A stretch of 64,000 bases of DNA. It comes from Eledone cirrhosa (Eukaryota). Position 1 is the stretch's first letter; each line of letters starts with the position of its first letter. The notes beneath the pieces were generated by a model. It had not been told where the DNA came from. It did no database searches and saw only the letters and a list, made by a program, of their open reading frames with translations. Position numbers and translations under genes: made by a program. Of the stretch, positions 43,681 to 58,025 are shown one piece after another. The stretch lies in assembly GCA_964016885.1 (NCBI GenBank), contig CAXHJY010000799.1:1-64000 (forward strand). The letters run 5' to 3'.

Positions 43681-43859
43681 ATGTAAATCTATGTATAAAT
43701 TTGACCGACTACCGTCCGTCACACAATGTGTGCGTGTGAGTGTGTTTGTGTGATTATGTGTGTGTGTGTGTGTGGAAAAGGAAAGAAGGGGATAGTAAAA
43801 AAAAATATACCTAAACAGCGACTGGCGTTCCATTTGCTACGCTGCGTGTGAGTGTGATT

Positions 43860-44288
43860 GTGTCAAGGAGAAGCTTCCTCAGCCATGTCCAGCCCCTAAC
43901 AACATCTCAGGAAGAAACCAAACTACAGCTATGGACTAGAAAGCTAGAGAATGACTCCCCTCCTATTGACATGGGAATCCCCCCCTTCTGAAGCCCTCCC
44001 TCCTGGCTCAGAAGCACCATGGGTCCAGTGGAAGACACCCAACCACCTGAGAACAGGAATGGGGCGATCAAAAGCTGCTATGGCCAGATGGGGCTACAAG
44101 ACCGGCCCAACCAACTGCGAATGCGGAGAGGAGGAGCATACGATGCAGCACTGCCTTGTTTGCCCTCTACTACCCAACCAGTGCAGCTTAAAATATCTTG
44201 CAGAATTTAATAATAATGCAAAGGACTGTGTAAAGTAATGGGAAACTGTCATATAACCACGTGCTTCGAAGATATGAACAGAAGAAGA
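43860..44288 (+). mobile_element. 3' fragment of a Vingi/Ingi-like LINE
   Basis: W..(L)N.LRTGMGRSK..M.RWG...CECG...TMQH.L.CP; GAA-type tail. Confidence 0.7.
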
Positions 44289-44475
44289 TTGTGTGAATGT
44301 ATCTAGATAGCCATCAAAGTATTGAACACAGTCCAGTCTCATGCTACAGCTCACACCTATGCAGGCTTAGCTGGCCTTCTCCAAGGTATATCTCGTTGGA
44401 GGTAATTCTCGGACCGGGTGATGTGTTGTTTCTTTGAGCAAGACGCTTTATTTCACGTTGCTCCAGTTTACTCAG

Positions 44476-44860
44476 CTGTAGAAATGAGATGCTAGGACTG
44501 GGGTCCCTATCATTAAATCACCCAAGACACCTCCTCCAGTCTCATGAATATATCTTAAATGTTAACTTCCTTCTCGGGGAGAAATCGGCTGTGTAACGAC
44601 CTGACGAAAGACGGGCTCCACCATGTTTAAAATTCCCTAGGCACGCTGTGTGTAAAGGATGGTGACCCTGTAGAAATGAGATGATAGGACTGGGGTCCCT
44701 ATCATTAAATCACCCAAGACACCTCCTCCAGTCTCATGAATATATCTTAAATGTTAACTTCCTTCTCGGGGAGAAATCGGCTGTGTAACGACCTGACGAA
44801 AGATGGGCTCCACCATGTTTAAAATTCCCTAGGCACGCTGTGTGTAAAGGATGGTGACCC
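44476..44860. repeat. 192 bp tandem duplication adjoining a SINE fragment (44410-44490)
   Basis: Two nearly identical units starting at 44476 and 44668. Confidence 0.92.
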
Positions 44861-45318
44861 TACGACTTGAAGAGTTAAGTTGCTCTTCACCATTCCTGTG
44901 GGGTCAGTGCCCTCTTTTTACTGGCATTGGATGAACGATGAGGATGATGACAACAACATAGCCACAGATTATGTACACTTCACCAGTCTTACACACACAC
45001 ACATATATATACGTACACACCACACATACGTATACACACACACATGTGTACACACACATATGTACACACACATATGTACACACACACAAACGTGCACATA
45101 TATATATATATATACACATACGTACACACATATATATATATATATACACATATATATCCTCATATATATATATATATGAGGATATATATGTGTATATATA
45201 TATATATATATATACACATACGTACACACATATATATATATATACACATATATATCCTCATATATATATATACATACACACATCTATATATATATATACA
45301 TATTCACGTATATACATG

Positions 45319-45395
<77 letters not shown>

Positions 45396-45475
45396 ACCTT
45401 GCATTCCTCTACTTGATTTTATGACATGTTCTGTAAATAAAAGAAATTGAAAGGAACAAGTTCCTGTGCCTCCCC

Positions 45476-45740
45476 ATTCACCTCCTACACACCACCACTG
45501 TTCACCTCCTACACCCCGCCACTGTTCACCTCCTACACACCACCACTGTTCACCTCCTACACACCACCACTGTTCACCTCCTACACCCCGCCTATGTTCC
45601 CCTCCTACACACCACCACTGTTCACCTCCTACACACCACCACTGTTCGCCTCCTACACTGCACCACTGTTCACCTCCTACACACCACCACTGTTCACCTC
45701 CTACACCCCGCCTATGTTCGCCTCCTACACTGCACCACCA
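45476..45740. repeat. 24 bp minisatellite, ~11 copies
   Basis: ttcacctcctacacaccaccactg. Confidence 0.95.
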
Positions 45741-46016
45741 TTCCACCATCATACATCACCCTCGTTCCAGCACCAACGGTTCCCTACACACCACCACTAC
45801 CCCACTACCGTTCACTTCCTACACTCCTACACGCCACCACCTGTCACCCCCTCCACACCACCACCACCACCACCGTTCACTTCTTACACTCCTACACCTG
45901 TCGCCTCCACCACACCACCACCGCCGACCTTACCCTCCTTCACCACTCTATTGTCACAAGACGTGATATTTGCTGCAATATTTTGAGAAACAAATTTTCT
46001 GTTATTTTTCTAAAAC

Positions 46017-48430
46017 CAACAACGACAAAACAACAACAACAAAGACAACAACAACGACAACAACAACAAAGACAACAACGACGACAACAACAAAGACAAC
46101 AACAACAACAACGACAACGACGACAACGACAACAACAACAAAGACAACAACAACGACGACAACGACAACAACAACAAAGACAACAACAACAACAACGACA
46201 ACAACAATAATGAAAAAGAAAAAGAAAAATAGATCAGCAATCTTAAGAACGAGAAGATAAGTAAACATCGAAAGCAATAATAGAATTAAACAATAAAATA
46301 AGTGGGTAGTAGTTATCGTAGTGGTGGTGGTGGTAGTGGTGGTGGTGGTGGTGGTGGTGGTGGTGGTGGTGGTGGTGGTGGTGGTGGTGGTGGTGGTAGT
46401 GGTGGAGGCGGTGGTAGTGGTGGTGATGGTAGTGGTGATGGTAGTGGTGGTGATGGTAGTGGTGGTGATGGTAGTGGTTGTAGTGGTAGTGGTGGTGGTA
46501 GTAGTTATGGTGGTGATGGTAGTAGTGGTGATGGTAGTAGTGGTGGTGATGGTAGTGGTGATGGTAGTGGTGGTGATGGTAGTAGTGGTAGTGGTGGTGA
46601 TGGTAGTGGTGATGGTGATGGTGATGGTAGTGGTGGTGATGGTAGTAATGGTGATGGTAGTAGTGGTAGTGGTGGTGATGGTAGTGGTGATGGTGATGGT
46701 AGTGGTGGTGGCAATAATGGTGGTGGTAGTGGTGGTGGTACCGGTGGTGATGATGATGGTAGTCGTAGTGTTGGTGGTGGTGGTGATGGTGATAGTGGTG
46801 GGAAGCATATAGGTGCTGGTAATTGTGGTAATGATGGTGGTGGTGATGATGGTAGTCGTAGTGGTGGTAGTGGTGGTGGGAAGCATATTGGTGCTGATAA
46901 TGGTGGAGATGACGATGGTGATGATGATGGTAGTGTTGGTGGATGGTGCTGGTAATGATGGCGGGAAGCATGATGCTAGTAATGGTGGTGGTGATGGTGG
47001 TGGTGGTGGTGGTGGTAGTGGTGGTGGTAATGATGGCGGGAAGCATGATGCTAGTAATGGTGGTGGTGATGGTGGTGGTGGTGGTGATGGTGGTGATGGT
47101 GGTGGTGGTTTTGGTGGTGGTGGTGATGATGAGGATGGTGGTGTCGGTGATGATGGTGGGGATGATAATGATAGTCATTGGTGAATTGGCAGCCACGGTA
47201 GAGCGTCAGACAGCATGCTTTACAGCATAGAGTTATGGCCCTTTACGTTCTGAGTTAAAATCCCGCCAAGGTTGACTTTCCCTGTCATCCTTACGGGTTC
47301 GATAAAATAAAGTACCAGTAATGCACTGGGGTAATTGCTGGCCTTGTGCCTAAAGTAGAAACAGTTATTATGTAACAACCAACTAGATGACTTGTGGTAT
47401 TTGCTAACATATTTAAAGAAGAAGAAAAACAATGTCTTTGAATCTGTAATGCAGGGGAAGTATTAGAATAAGTATTACCATTACCACCACCTCCATTACC
47501 TGCACCACCATTACCATCGTTACCACCACCACCATTACCATCGTTACCACCACCACCATTACCACAACCAGCACCACCATCACCATCGTTACCATCTCCT
47601 CCATTACCACAACCACCACCACCATTACCTTCACCACCATTACCACCACCTCCATTACCACAACCACCACTACCATTACCTTCACCACCATCACCACCGT
47701 TACCACCACCACCATTACCACCACCACCATCATCATCATCATTACCATCATCACCACCACCACCACCACCATCATCACCATCATTACCATCACTACCACC
47801 ACTACCACCACCACCACCACCGCTATTATCATCATCACCACCACCACTACCACCACCATCATCATTATTACCATCACCACCACCACCACCACCACCACCA
47901 TCATCATTATTACCATCATCACCACCACCACTACCACCACTACCACCACCATCATCATTATTACCATCACCACCACCACCACCACCACCACCATCATCAT
48001 TATTACCATCATCACCACCACCACTACCACCACTACCACCACCATCATCATTATTACCATCATCACCACCACCACTACCACCACTACCACCACCATCATC
48101 ATTATTACCATCATCACCACCACCACTACCACCACTACCACCGCCATCATCATTATTACCATCACCACCACCACCACCACCACCACCATCATCATTATTA
48201 CCATCATCACCACCACCACTACCACCACTACCACCACCATCATCATTATTACCATCATCACCACCACCACTACCACCACCACCACCACCATTATTTATTA
48301 CCATCAACACCACCACCACCACCATTATTTATTACCATCAACACCACCACCACCACTACCACCACCACCACCACCACCACCACCATTATTTATTACCATC
48401 ATCGCCACCACCACCACCACCATCAACACC
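46017..48430. repeat. Trinucleotide-derived blocks: (ACA)n 46017-46208, (GGT)n 46305-47175, (CCA)n 47475-48430
   Basis: Direct inspection. Confidence 0.95.
47178..47370 (+). mobile_element. CORE-type SINE
   Basis: Full-length match to 13363-13558. Confidence 0.85.
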
Positions 48431-48761
48431 GTCATTCGTCATCATTATTATTATTTCGTTTTCCATCCGGTATTTCATTGTTGTTCAACTAACATCGTAT
48501 TTCCCCCCCCCCCCCCCCCCCCAGCAAGCCGTATTCTGCAGCAGTCTTTAGCGATGGAGCACTTTTTTATATACGATTCTTGCTGTGCAAAGCAAATTAA
48601 GTTTTCTGTAGAGCCAGGAAATTTCCCTTTGTCTCCAACATTTCCGACATATTCAACGAACATTTAAAGATCTTTGGTGAATGTAACAAAAAATGGAAAT
48701 GAATGAATGAGGAATCTACCCTGAGTTTGTGCTTCTGTATGACAAGGGCATTTGAGAGAGA

Positions 48762-49800
48762 GTATTAACCCCTGGAGGTCAGGGTTACTGTAGATCTGTA
48801 TCAAAATGGTAACGAATGAAGGGGGAGTTTTGGGAGTGAGTATTAACCCCTGGAGGTCAGGGTTGCTGTAGATCTGTATCAAAATGGTAACGAATGAAGG
48901 GGGAGTTTTGGGAGTGGGTATTAACCCCTGGAGGTCAGGGTTCCTGTAGATCTGTATCAAAATGGTAACGAATGAAGGGGGAGTTTTGGGAGTGAGTATT
49001 AACCCCTGGAGATCAGGGTTGCTGTAGATCTGTATCAAAATGGTAACGAATGAAGGGGGAGTTTTGGGAGTGGGTATTAACCCCTGGAGGTCAGGGTTGC
49101 TGTAGATCTGTATCAAAATGGTAACGAATGAAGGGGGAGTTTTGGGAGTGGGTATTAACCCCTGGAGGTCAGGGTTGCTGTAGATCTGTATCAAAATGGT
49201 AACGAATGAAGGGGGAGTTTTGGGAGTGGGTATTAACCCCTGGAGGTCAGGGTTCCTGTAGATCTGTATCAAAATGGTAACGAATGAAGGGGGAGTTTTG
49301 GGAGTGAGTATTAACCCCTGGAGGTCAGGGTTGCTGTAGATCTGTATCAAAATGGTAACGAATGAAGGGGGAGTTTTGGGAGTGAGTATTAACCCCTGGA
49401 GGTCAGGGTTGCTGTAGATCTGTATCAAAATGGTAACGAATGAAGGGGGAGTTTTGGGAGTGAGTATTAACCCCTGGAGGTCAGGGTTGCTGTAGATCTG
49501 TATCAAAATGGTAACGAATGAATGAGGAGTTTTGGGAGTGAGTATTAATCCCTCGAGGTCAGGGTTGCTGTAGATCTGTATCAAAATGGTAACGAATGAG
49601 GGGGGAGTTTTGGGAGTGAGTATTAACCCCTGGAGGTCAGGGTTGCTGTAGATCTGTATCAAAATGGTAACGAATGAAGGGGGAGTTTTGGGAGTGGGTA
49701 TTAACCCCTGGAGGTCAGGGTTGCTGTAGATCTGTATCAAAATGGTAACGAATGAATGAGGAAATTTAGGAGAGGGAACTAACCCCTGGAGGTCAGGGTG
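48762..49800. repeat. 78 bp minisatellite, ~13 copies
   Basis: gtattaacccctggaggtcagggttgctgtagatctgtatcaaaatggtaacgaatgaagggggagttttgggagtga. Confidence 0.97.
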
Positions 49801-50159
49801 ATTGTAGTAGATCTGTGGAGACCTTTAGTTAACCTTAGTTCACAGAAAAAATATAGGTTCCGTGTTTGTAAATGATACAACAGTAAAAATAATTATTGCC
49901 CAATTAATTTGCTTAATTTCCTTTGAAAGTGGGGGAGATGAATACAAATCTTAAAAGAAAATAATTAGAAGTCTAGATAATGGGGGAGGGGTAAGGAAGG
50001 GCTGATCTGGCTGTATGGGAAAGTAGAGGAAAGAACTATAAAAGCCATAAATGAGATGAAAAGCAATGGTTCTAGGGTCACAGAAGAAAAGGAGGGTGAT
50101 GGGCTCTGGACCTAGGGCACGACGGTGTTGTGGCTGCGGACAAAACCGCAAAAGCATTT

Positions 50160-50700
50160 TCCCAAAATTGCTGGCCTTGTGCCCAAATCAAAAACCATTA
50201 TCTTTATTATTATTATTAATATTAGGACAGTGTATTGGCAGTATTCTGTAGAGCGTAGGACAACATGATTTGTGGCATATAGTTATAGCTTTGCCTATCA
50301 ACCTTACGGGGTCGGTAAAATAAAGTACCAGTAACGCACTGGGGTCCATTCAATTGACTTTCCATTCCCCAAATTTCTGCCTTATGCGTAAATCAGAAAC
50401 CATTAATATTATTATTACGGGGGTCGATGAAATAAAGTACCAGTAATGTACTGAGTAATTGCTGGCCTTGTGCCAAAAGTAGAAACAATTAATATTATTA
50501 TTATTAAAGAGCGGTGGATTGGCAGTATCAGTAGAGGGTCGGACGCCATGCTTTGCAGCACAGTTACGTCCCTTTACGGACTGAGTTCAAATCCCGCCGA
50601 GGTTAACTTTGTCTTTCATCCTTACGGGGTCGATAAAATAAAGTACCAGTAATACATTGGGATAATTGCTGGTCTTGTGCCAAAAGTAGAAACAATTATT
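50160..50700 (+). mobile_element. Four tandem CORE-type SINE copies/fragments
   Basis: Repeated ggggtcg(a/g)t(a/g)aaataaagtaccagt and tails. Confidence 0.85.
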
Positions 50701-51529
50701 ACAATAACTAAATATTTACCGGAAAAGAATTTAAAAAAAAAAACAGGGAGGAAAATAAAATGGCTTCCAGGAGAACAAAGTCAACCACAGTAAGAAGGAA
50801 GAAGGAAAAAAGGCTAGCGTGGATGTAATAAAAATGAGTTACTGATTATAATAAAAAGTCGTAAATGAAAGAGATGCTATGAGAATCATAAAGAGACGAG
50901 CTGGTAGCAATAGTTTTGTAGAATTCCTTTGATAGTTGTACCTCCACATTGGACACATTAACCATTAGTATACTAGCACCAAATAATAAAACATCAGTAT
51001 ATATATATATATAAAGTAAAGTAAAATGATATAAAAACATGCTATGAATGTATTGTTTGTGAGGAAGGAAAAAAAGTATCTTCCTTCTGGATCAAAACAA
51101 AAGATGGAATGAAAAATATGAAATAAGGAAAAATAAGAATGAAAAAAAGAATGAAAAAGAGAATCTTAAAATGAATGAAAAAAAGAAGGAAAAAAAGAAG
51201 GAAAAAAGGAGGAAAAAATAAGGAAAAAATAAGGAAAAAATAAGGAAAAAATAAGGAAAAAATAAGGAAAAAAAGAAGGAAAAAAGAAGGAAAAAAGAAG
51301 GAAAAAAGAAGGAAAAAAAAGAAGGAAAAATAGAAGGAAAAAAGAAGGAAAAAAAAGAAGGAAAAACAGAAGGAAAAACGAAGGAAAAATAAAGGAAAAA
51401 AAGAAGGAAAAAAGGAACTCAGATCATAAAGAGCCGTAACTCCATGCCGTAAAGCATGATGTCTGACGGTCTACCGATACTGCCAATCTACCGCAATGAT
51501 CAGTTAACTATTATTATTATTTCTTTCGT

Positions 51530-51724
51530 TGGGCAGTGGATTGACAATATCGGTAGAGGGTTGGACGCCATGCTTCCTAGCATAGTTACGTCCCTTTATG
51601 GTGTGAATTCAAATCCCGTCGAGGTTAACTTTGACTTTCATCCTTATGGGGTCGATAAAATAAAGTACCAGTAATGCACTGGGTAATTGCTGGCCTTGTG
51701 CCAAAAGTAGAAACAATTATTATT
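51530..51724 (+). mobile_element. CORE-type SINE (inverted fragment at 51414-51495)
   Basis: Family match. Confidence 0.85.
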
Positions 51725-51977
51725 TCTTTCGTTATATATTTCAATATTTAAATGAGTGAAAGGGGGCAAGAGAAAGGAAGACAAGTAAATAGAGTGATGT
51801 CACGCCATGATATGTAAATCGAGAAGGAAGACATCTTTGTTAGAATCACGTGATAGAAATTGTTCAAGTCTTCGCTTTTTGTTTGTAAACTAATTTATTC
51901 CGAACACGAGCACGTGATCAGAAGATGACAAGTTTTAAAACATACAATTCTCTCTCTATATACACACACACACACAT

Positions 51978-52093
<116 letters not shown>

Positions 52094-52119
52094 GTAATAA
52101 TTGCCTGTGTTCAAATAGC

Positions 52120-52712
52120 AATGGTGGTGGTCATGGTGGTGGTATTGGTGATGGTGGCAGCAGTATTGTTGTTGATGGAGGTGATGTTGATGGTGTTGGT
52201 GGCAATAGTGTTGTTGGTGGCGGTGGTGGTGGTGGTGGTGGTGGTGATGGTGTTAGTGATGGTGGTGATGGTGTTAGTGGTGGTGGTGATGGTGTTAGTG
52301 GTGGTGGTGATGGTGTTAGTGGTGGTGGTGATGTTGTTAGTGGTGGTGGTGATGGTGTTAGTGGTGGTGGTGATGTTGTTAGTGGTGGTGGTGATGGTGT
52401 TAGTGGTGGAGGTGATGGTGTTAGTGGTGGTGGTGATGGTGTTAGTGGTGGAGGTGATGGTGTTAGTGGTGGTGGTGATGGTGTTAGTGGTGGTGGTGAT
52501 GGTGTTAGTGGTGGTGGTGATGGTGTTAGTGATGGTGGTGATGGTGTTAGTGGTGGTGGTGATGGTGTTAGTGGTGGTGGTGATGGTGTTAGTGATGGTG
52601 GTGATGGTGTTAGTGGTGGAGGTGATGGTGTTAGTGGTGGTGAGGATAATAGTGGTGATGGTGGTGGTGATGATAGTGGTGGTAGTGCTGTTGTCGGTGG
52701 TGGTGATGGTGG
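52120..52712. repeat. 21 bp (GGT-derived) minisatellite
   Basis: ggtgatggtgttagtggtggt. Confidence 0.95.
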
Positions 52713-52835
52713 CTGTAGAGTTGTTCAGGTTACAGTAATAATTTCTAATTTCGGCACAATTTGTAGGAAGACTAACATCTAGAGTGTATAAAGTAGAGTA
52801 GAAACGTGTACAAATATATACACGTATCTAATATG

Positions 52836-53018
52836 TAGGCATGTCAACATGCCAGAAAATACAAATCATCCATTGTGGTTGATAGGATGATATACACGCC
52901 TTCTGATGAAGGTCCAATTAGATCCGAAAACCAATTAATGATGTTTATCGTTTTTTTTCAATTCACTAAGAAATTCGTATTTTCTGGCATGTTAATATGA
53001 CTACATATAGATATGTCT
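52836..53018 (+). mobile_element. Fold-back PLE-like element with decayed HHR
   Basis: aacatgccagaaaatac / gtattttctggcatgtt arms; CTGATGA-a-ggtc/gatc-c-GAAA. Confidence 0.6.
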
Positions 53019-53154
53019 ATATATATATATACACATATACACATGCCTATACACATATACATATATATATATACACACACATATATACACACACATATAC
53101 ATCTCTCTCTATATATATAAATATATAAACATATACCCATATACATACCTATAC

Positions 53155-53199
<45 letters not shown>

Positions 53200-53292
53200 T
53201 TTAATGTATAATAAACAATACAATATAATTACCTCATTACTCTGGCATGTTAATATGACTACATATAGATATGTCTATATATATATATATAT

Positions 53293-53326
<34 letters not shown>

Positions 53327-53873
53327 TCACATATATACACACACATATGCATCTCTATATATATAAATATATAAACATATACACATATACATACCTATAC
53401 ACATATAAATACATATATATATATATATATACACATATATATACATGCCTCTACACATACATATATATACACACATATATATATATATAAATATATATAT
53501 ATATACTCATATATACACACATATACATACCTATACACATATACATACATATATATATATACACACATGTATATACATGCCTCTACACATACATACATAT
53601 ATATACACACACACACATATATATATATAAATATATATATATATACACATATATACACACATATACACACATATATATATACACATATATACACACATAT
53701 ATATTATATATATATACACATAAATACATACACACATATACATCTATATATATATATATATATATTTAATGTATAATAAACAATACAATATAATTAACGC
53801 ATTACTCTGGCATGTTAATATGACTACATATAGATAGGTCTATATATATATACACACACACATATATATATAT

Positions 53874-54483
53874 ATGGTGGCTGCCAACTCGTTTTCGAGT
53901 ACGGCCACTACTTTATATCCATGTAGGAGAACCCCTACCGATGCGCTGAACGAGTGTGACTTTTTAGTCCAGCCAGCGACTTGAAAACTCTGGTACAAAC
54001 ACTACACTTGTGACAATTATTGACACATAGTGCTGGGCCCATGGTACCATGTGACGACAAGTGCAGAGAGATCTCCAGATATAAAGCAATGCCTGTGCCG
54101 TGAAGCTTTTATAGTGAGCAAAGGCACTGCACAAAGCCAGTCACACTCTCTTAACCAAGATGATATTTACCAAAAAGAAGAACAAGTCAACATCATTGGA
54201 TACCATCAGGGTTGCAGGTGTTATATCAAAGTTTTCCTTTTCCTAGAATTCTGCCTTGACAAAGGCTAAGGGGTCATCTCTCCCGGTGATTTTGGATGAT
54301 CATTGACTCTTAAGAGCTCCTTTGCCCTTTGACAGGTTTTGTTTTTAGTCCTGCAGGATGTCCAAAGTCACCCTCCTCACCAAGAAACCTTGGTGGGGTT
54401 GCCAGTTTAGTCGCCAACGACCCGACCATGGGACAGGTTGTACTGGGATACATGTTACCAGTAGCACCAACTGGTGACCTGAC

Positions 54484-54484
<1 letters not shown>
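53874..54484 (-). mobile_element. Family G, full length (micro-ORF at 53935-54042)
   Basis: Reverse complement of 19796-20407. Confidence 0.88.
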
Positions 54485-54517
<33 letters not shown>

Positions 54518-54786
54518 GCAAAAGTTCTATTTAAAATTGTTGGGATACAACAAGTAAATATTTTATAACTGATATAAAGCACTCGACAAGTTTTTGGAGT
54601 AGATATACAGACAGCTTCCAAAAATAATGGTCGCATCTAATAGGGTACGTCAAAATTATTTATAAAACTGTTTATATATTGTATTTTGTCTGATGAAGGC
54701 ATACCATATTTTAATTTGGTATCCTTGAAATATGTATAATGAAATAAATATGGTTTTATAAATATAGTTTCCATTTATTTAATATC

Positions 54787-54789
<3 letters not shown>
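54518..54789. mobile_element. Family D element
   Basis: Tail on -, short arm with HHR on +. Confidence 0.75.
54683..54745 (+). ncRNA. Hammerhead ribozyme
   Basis: attttgt-CTGATGA-(atacca/tggtat)-GAAAT-atgt-ATA-atgaaat. Confidence 0.75.
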
Positions 54790-54884
<95 letters not shown>

Positions 54885-55082
54885 TTATATATAGAGAGAT
54901 GCATATGTGTGTGTATATATGTGTGTGTGTATATATATGTATATACACATATATATACACACACACATATATACACACAATATGCATCTCGATATATATA
55001 AATATATAAACATATACACATATACATACCTATACACATATACATACATATATATATACATATATATATACATGCCTCTACG

Positions 55083-55150
<68 letters not shown>

Positions 55151-55459
55151 TATATAGATATATATATATATAAATATATATATATATACACATATATACA
55201 CACATATACATATACACACACACATAAATATTATATATATATACACATATATACATACACACATATACATCTATATATATATATATATATATTTAATGTA
55301 TAATAAACAATACAATATAATTACCTCATTACTCTGGCATGTTAATATTACTACATATAGATATGTCTATATATATATATATACACACACACTCATATAT
55401 ACACACACACATATATACACACACACATATATACACACACATATACATCGATATATATA

Positions 55460-55676
55460 TATATTTAATGTATAATAAACAATACAATATAATTACCTCA
55501 TTACCTGTATTGCCTTGTCTGACGAACGAACGCGGACGTTTCTTGTATCCGCCTTATTCGGGAAACCTCTGGTAATGAGGTAATTATATTGTATTGTTTA
55601 TTATACATTAAATATTTAGCTCTGTAACTTACATAGAGCACTCTTCATTCCTCTTACTTTGCCAACGGAAACTTCA

Positions 55677-55678
<2 letters not shown>
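55460..55678 (+). mobile_element. Fold-back PLE-like element (family F)
   Basis: 55460-55505 mirrors 55571-55616. Confidence 0.8.
55509..55584 (+). ncRNA. Type I hammerhead ribozyme
   Basis: attgccttgt-CTGACGA-(cgaa..gcgga/tccgc..ttcg)-GAAACC-tct-GGTA-atgaggtaat. Confidence 0.8.
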
Positions 55679-55711
<33 letters not shown>

Positions 55712-56067
55712 GGCACACATGTATGTATATGAACATGCAAAGAGACACCCCGACCCACATGTGCGTGAATTAAGTCTAGACTACGTTTCTAATAAACCTA
55801 TGTAAATTAGTAAATTCACAGGTCGAAGGTCTTCTAAATTTATTCTAATGAAGTAACTTAAGATACACGAAAGATCAATCGTATAAAAGCCACCCCCACA
55901 CACACATTTATATACATACGTGTGTGTGTGTACAAATATATTACTATGCATATTTCAATACATAATTGTGTTTTTTATTTCTATATAAAACAATTGTATC
56001 CATATTTAAGTAAATTAATGATGCGTAAATTTCTGTTTATGCATACAATTATGTGTGTGTGTGTGTC

Positions 56068-57165
56068 TAGATATATTTCTTTATTAGCCACAGGAGCACA
56101 AAAGAAGGGGACAAATACAAAGGGGGAAGTTTACATGCAATAAAAACGTGTAAAATGTTATCACAGATGGAATTTAAAAGTTAGTCGATTTTCCCCAATA
56201 GAGGGAGACAGTTTATATGGGTAACACATACCCCCGAAAAAAATGTGCAACCCTCATCTCCAGGAGTACGAAGAGCTTGTACTCCTTTCCTCTCCTCCTC
56301 CTTTTCCTCAACCTACAGGCTGATATAGAGAGAAGGCCCATTCACTCGGGCCATTCTCGCCACTTTCACCCACCTTTCATAAAACTTGCTGAGGTACAGC
56401 ACCTCTCTCTCCATCCTGATTCTTCTCCCAAAGTGGTATTTGAAAAAAAGAATCAGTTGTTGGCCGGAGAGAAAGGTGTCTGACCTCAGCCCTTTCAACC
56501 TTGTCCACCATACAACCTCTTTCGCCATAGCTATCACACAAAGGAAAACCGCCTCTCCTTCGTTTTTGAAGGAGGGTGGCGGTTTGATCATGACAATGGA
56601 CTCGGTGGTCAACTGGATTGGTCCCACCCGCGACAATAGACGTTCTACATAGCCCCACAGGTCAGTGACGCCCGGGCAGTGTATGAATGCGGGCGCGACG
56701 GTTTCTTCGTCTCGCACGCACCTCGGACAGATCTTTTTTGCAGGGTCCCTGCCCGGGCGCCCATGTCTGTAGAGCTTGTCTCGAACTGGTAGAGCTCCTC
56801 GGTAGCACTGCCAGGCCAGGGACTTTTGGAAGTTGTCCATCGGTCCCGGGCGGAAGGTCCTACCGAACAGACTGGCCAGTTCATCTTCCTCCACGCCTAG
56901 AGTTTCACCGAGCGCGTCGTCGCACTTGCTGCGGACCAACCCTCTATAGAATGACGAAGTGGAGTCTCCACTGATCGCCGGGTCCGCCTGCCAGAGGGCT
57001 GTGAGCGCCTGAGCACATTCGATGTGCCAGTCGCCCATTTTCCTCGGTCTCTGCTTGACCCAGGACTGCAGCTCGGTCAGCGAGACGAGTCGTGGAAAGG
57101 CTCGCCTCACGAACGGGGCCCACACCGGTTGTCCGGTGAGGAATACGTAGAGATGCCGCAGATGT
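56068..57165 (-). mobile_element. 5'-truncated Tx1/L1-clade LINE
   Basis: zf-RVT region SLAWQCYRGALPVRDKL...CPRC...ETV..AFIHC; 3' UTR with AATAAA. Confidence 0.88.
56313..57140 (-). pseudogene. C-terminal part of LINE ORF2 (zf-RVT)
   Basis: Open frame; the N-terminal part of the track ORF runs through neighbouring repeats and is not genuine. Confidence 0.85.
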
Positions 57166-57221
57166 GTGTGCGTAGATAGATAGATAGATAGACATTGATA
57201 GACAGGCACACTTTGATAGAC

Positions 57222-57756
57222 AGATAGATATCTTTCTTTATTTGCCACAGGGGCGTACAAAAATGGGACATTACAAGACGTGACGGCGGGGGTTTTACAT
57301 AAAATCTTTAAAACAATTGAAATCCCCATTAGGGGCGGGGTAACGCTATTGTGGGGTTGTTTTACACCCCTTGGATAAAACAACCCTCAACACCAGGAAA
57401 ACGTTTTGTAAATAGTCATGATAGACAGGCAGACAGACATTGACAGACAGATAGATATATTTCTTTATTAGCCACAAGGGCGCACAAGAAAAGGGGACAA
57501 AACAAAGATATGCTGGGGATTTTACATACAATCGTGCAAAAAACAAACAAATATATCACTCAAAATCCCCAATAGGGGGGAGGCGCCACAAATGGGTTGT
57601 TTAATACCCCGTAGATAGAACAACCCTCAACTTCGGGAGCGTTTTGTGCAAGTGCTCCTTTCTTCCTTTCGCTCTCTTCTTCAACCTACAGGTTTATATA
57701 CAGAGAAGGCCCAATCACTCGGGCCATTTTATAGATAGACATTGACAGACCGATAG

Positions 57757-57849
<93 letters not shown>

Positions 57850-57862
57850 CAATAGATAGACA

Positions 57863-57935
<73 letters not shown>

Positions 57936-57937
57936 CA

Positions 57938-58025
<88 letters not shown>

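Noticed and set aside
48524-48666. Possible + strand exon after a poly-C/CAG acceptor
   Set aside because: Two short frames are equally plausible, with no partner exon or recognisable homology.
57140-57383. N-terminal part of ORF 56313-57383
   Set aside because: It is read-through across a GATA tract and another element's 3' UTR.
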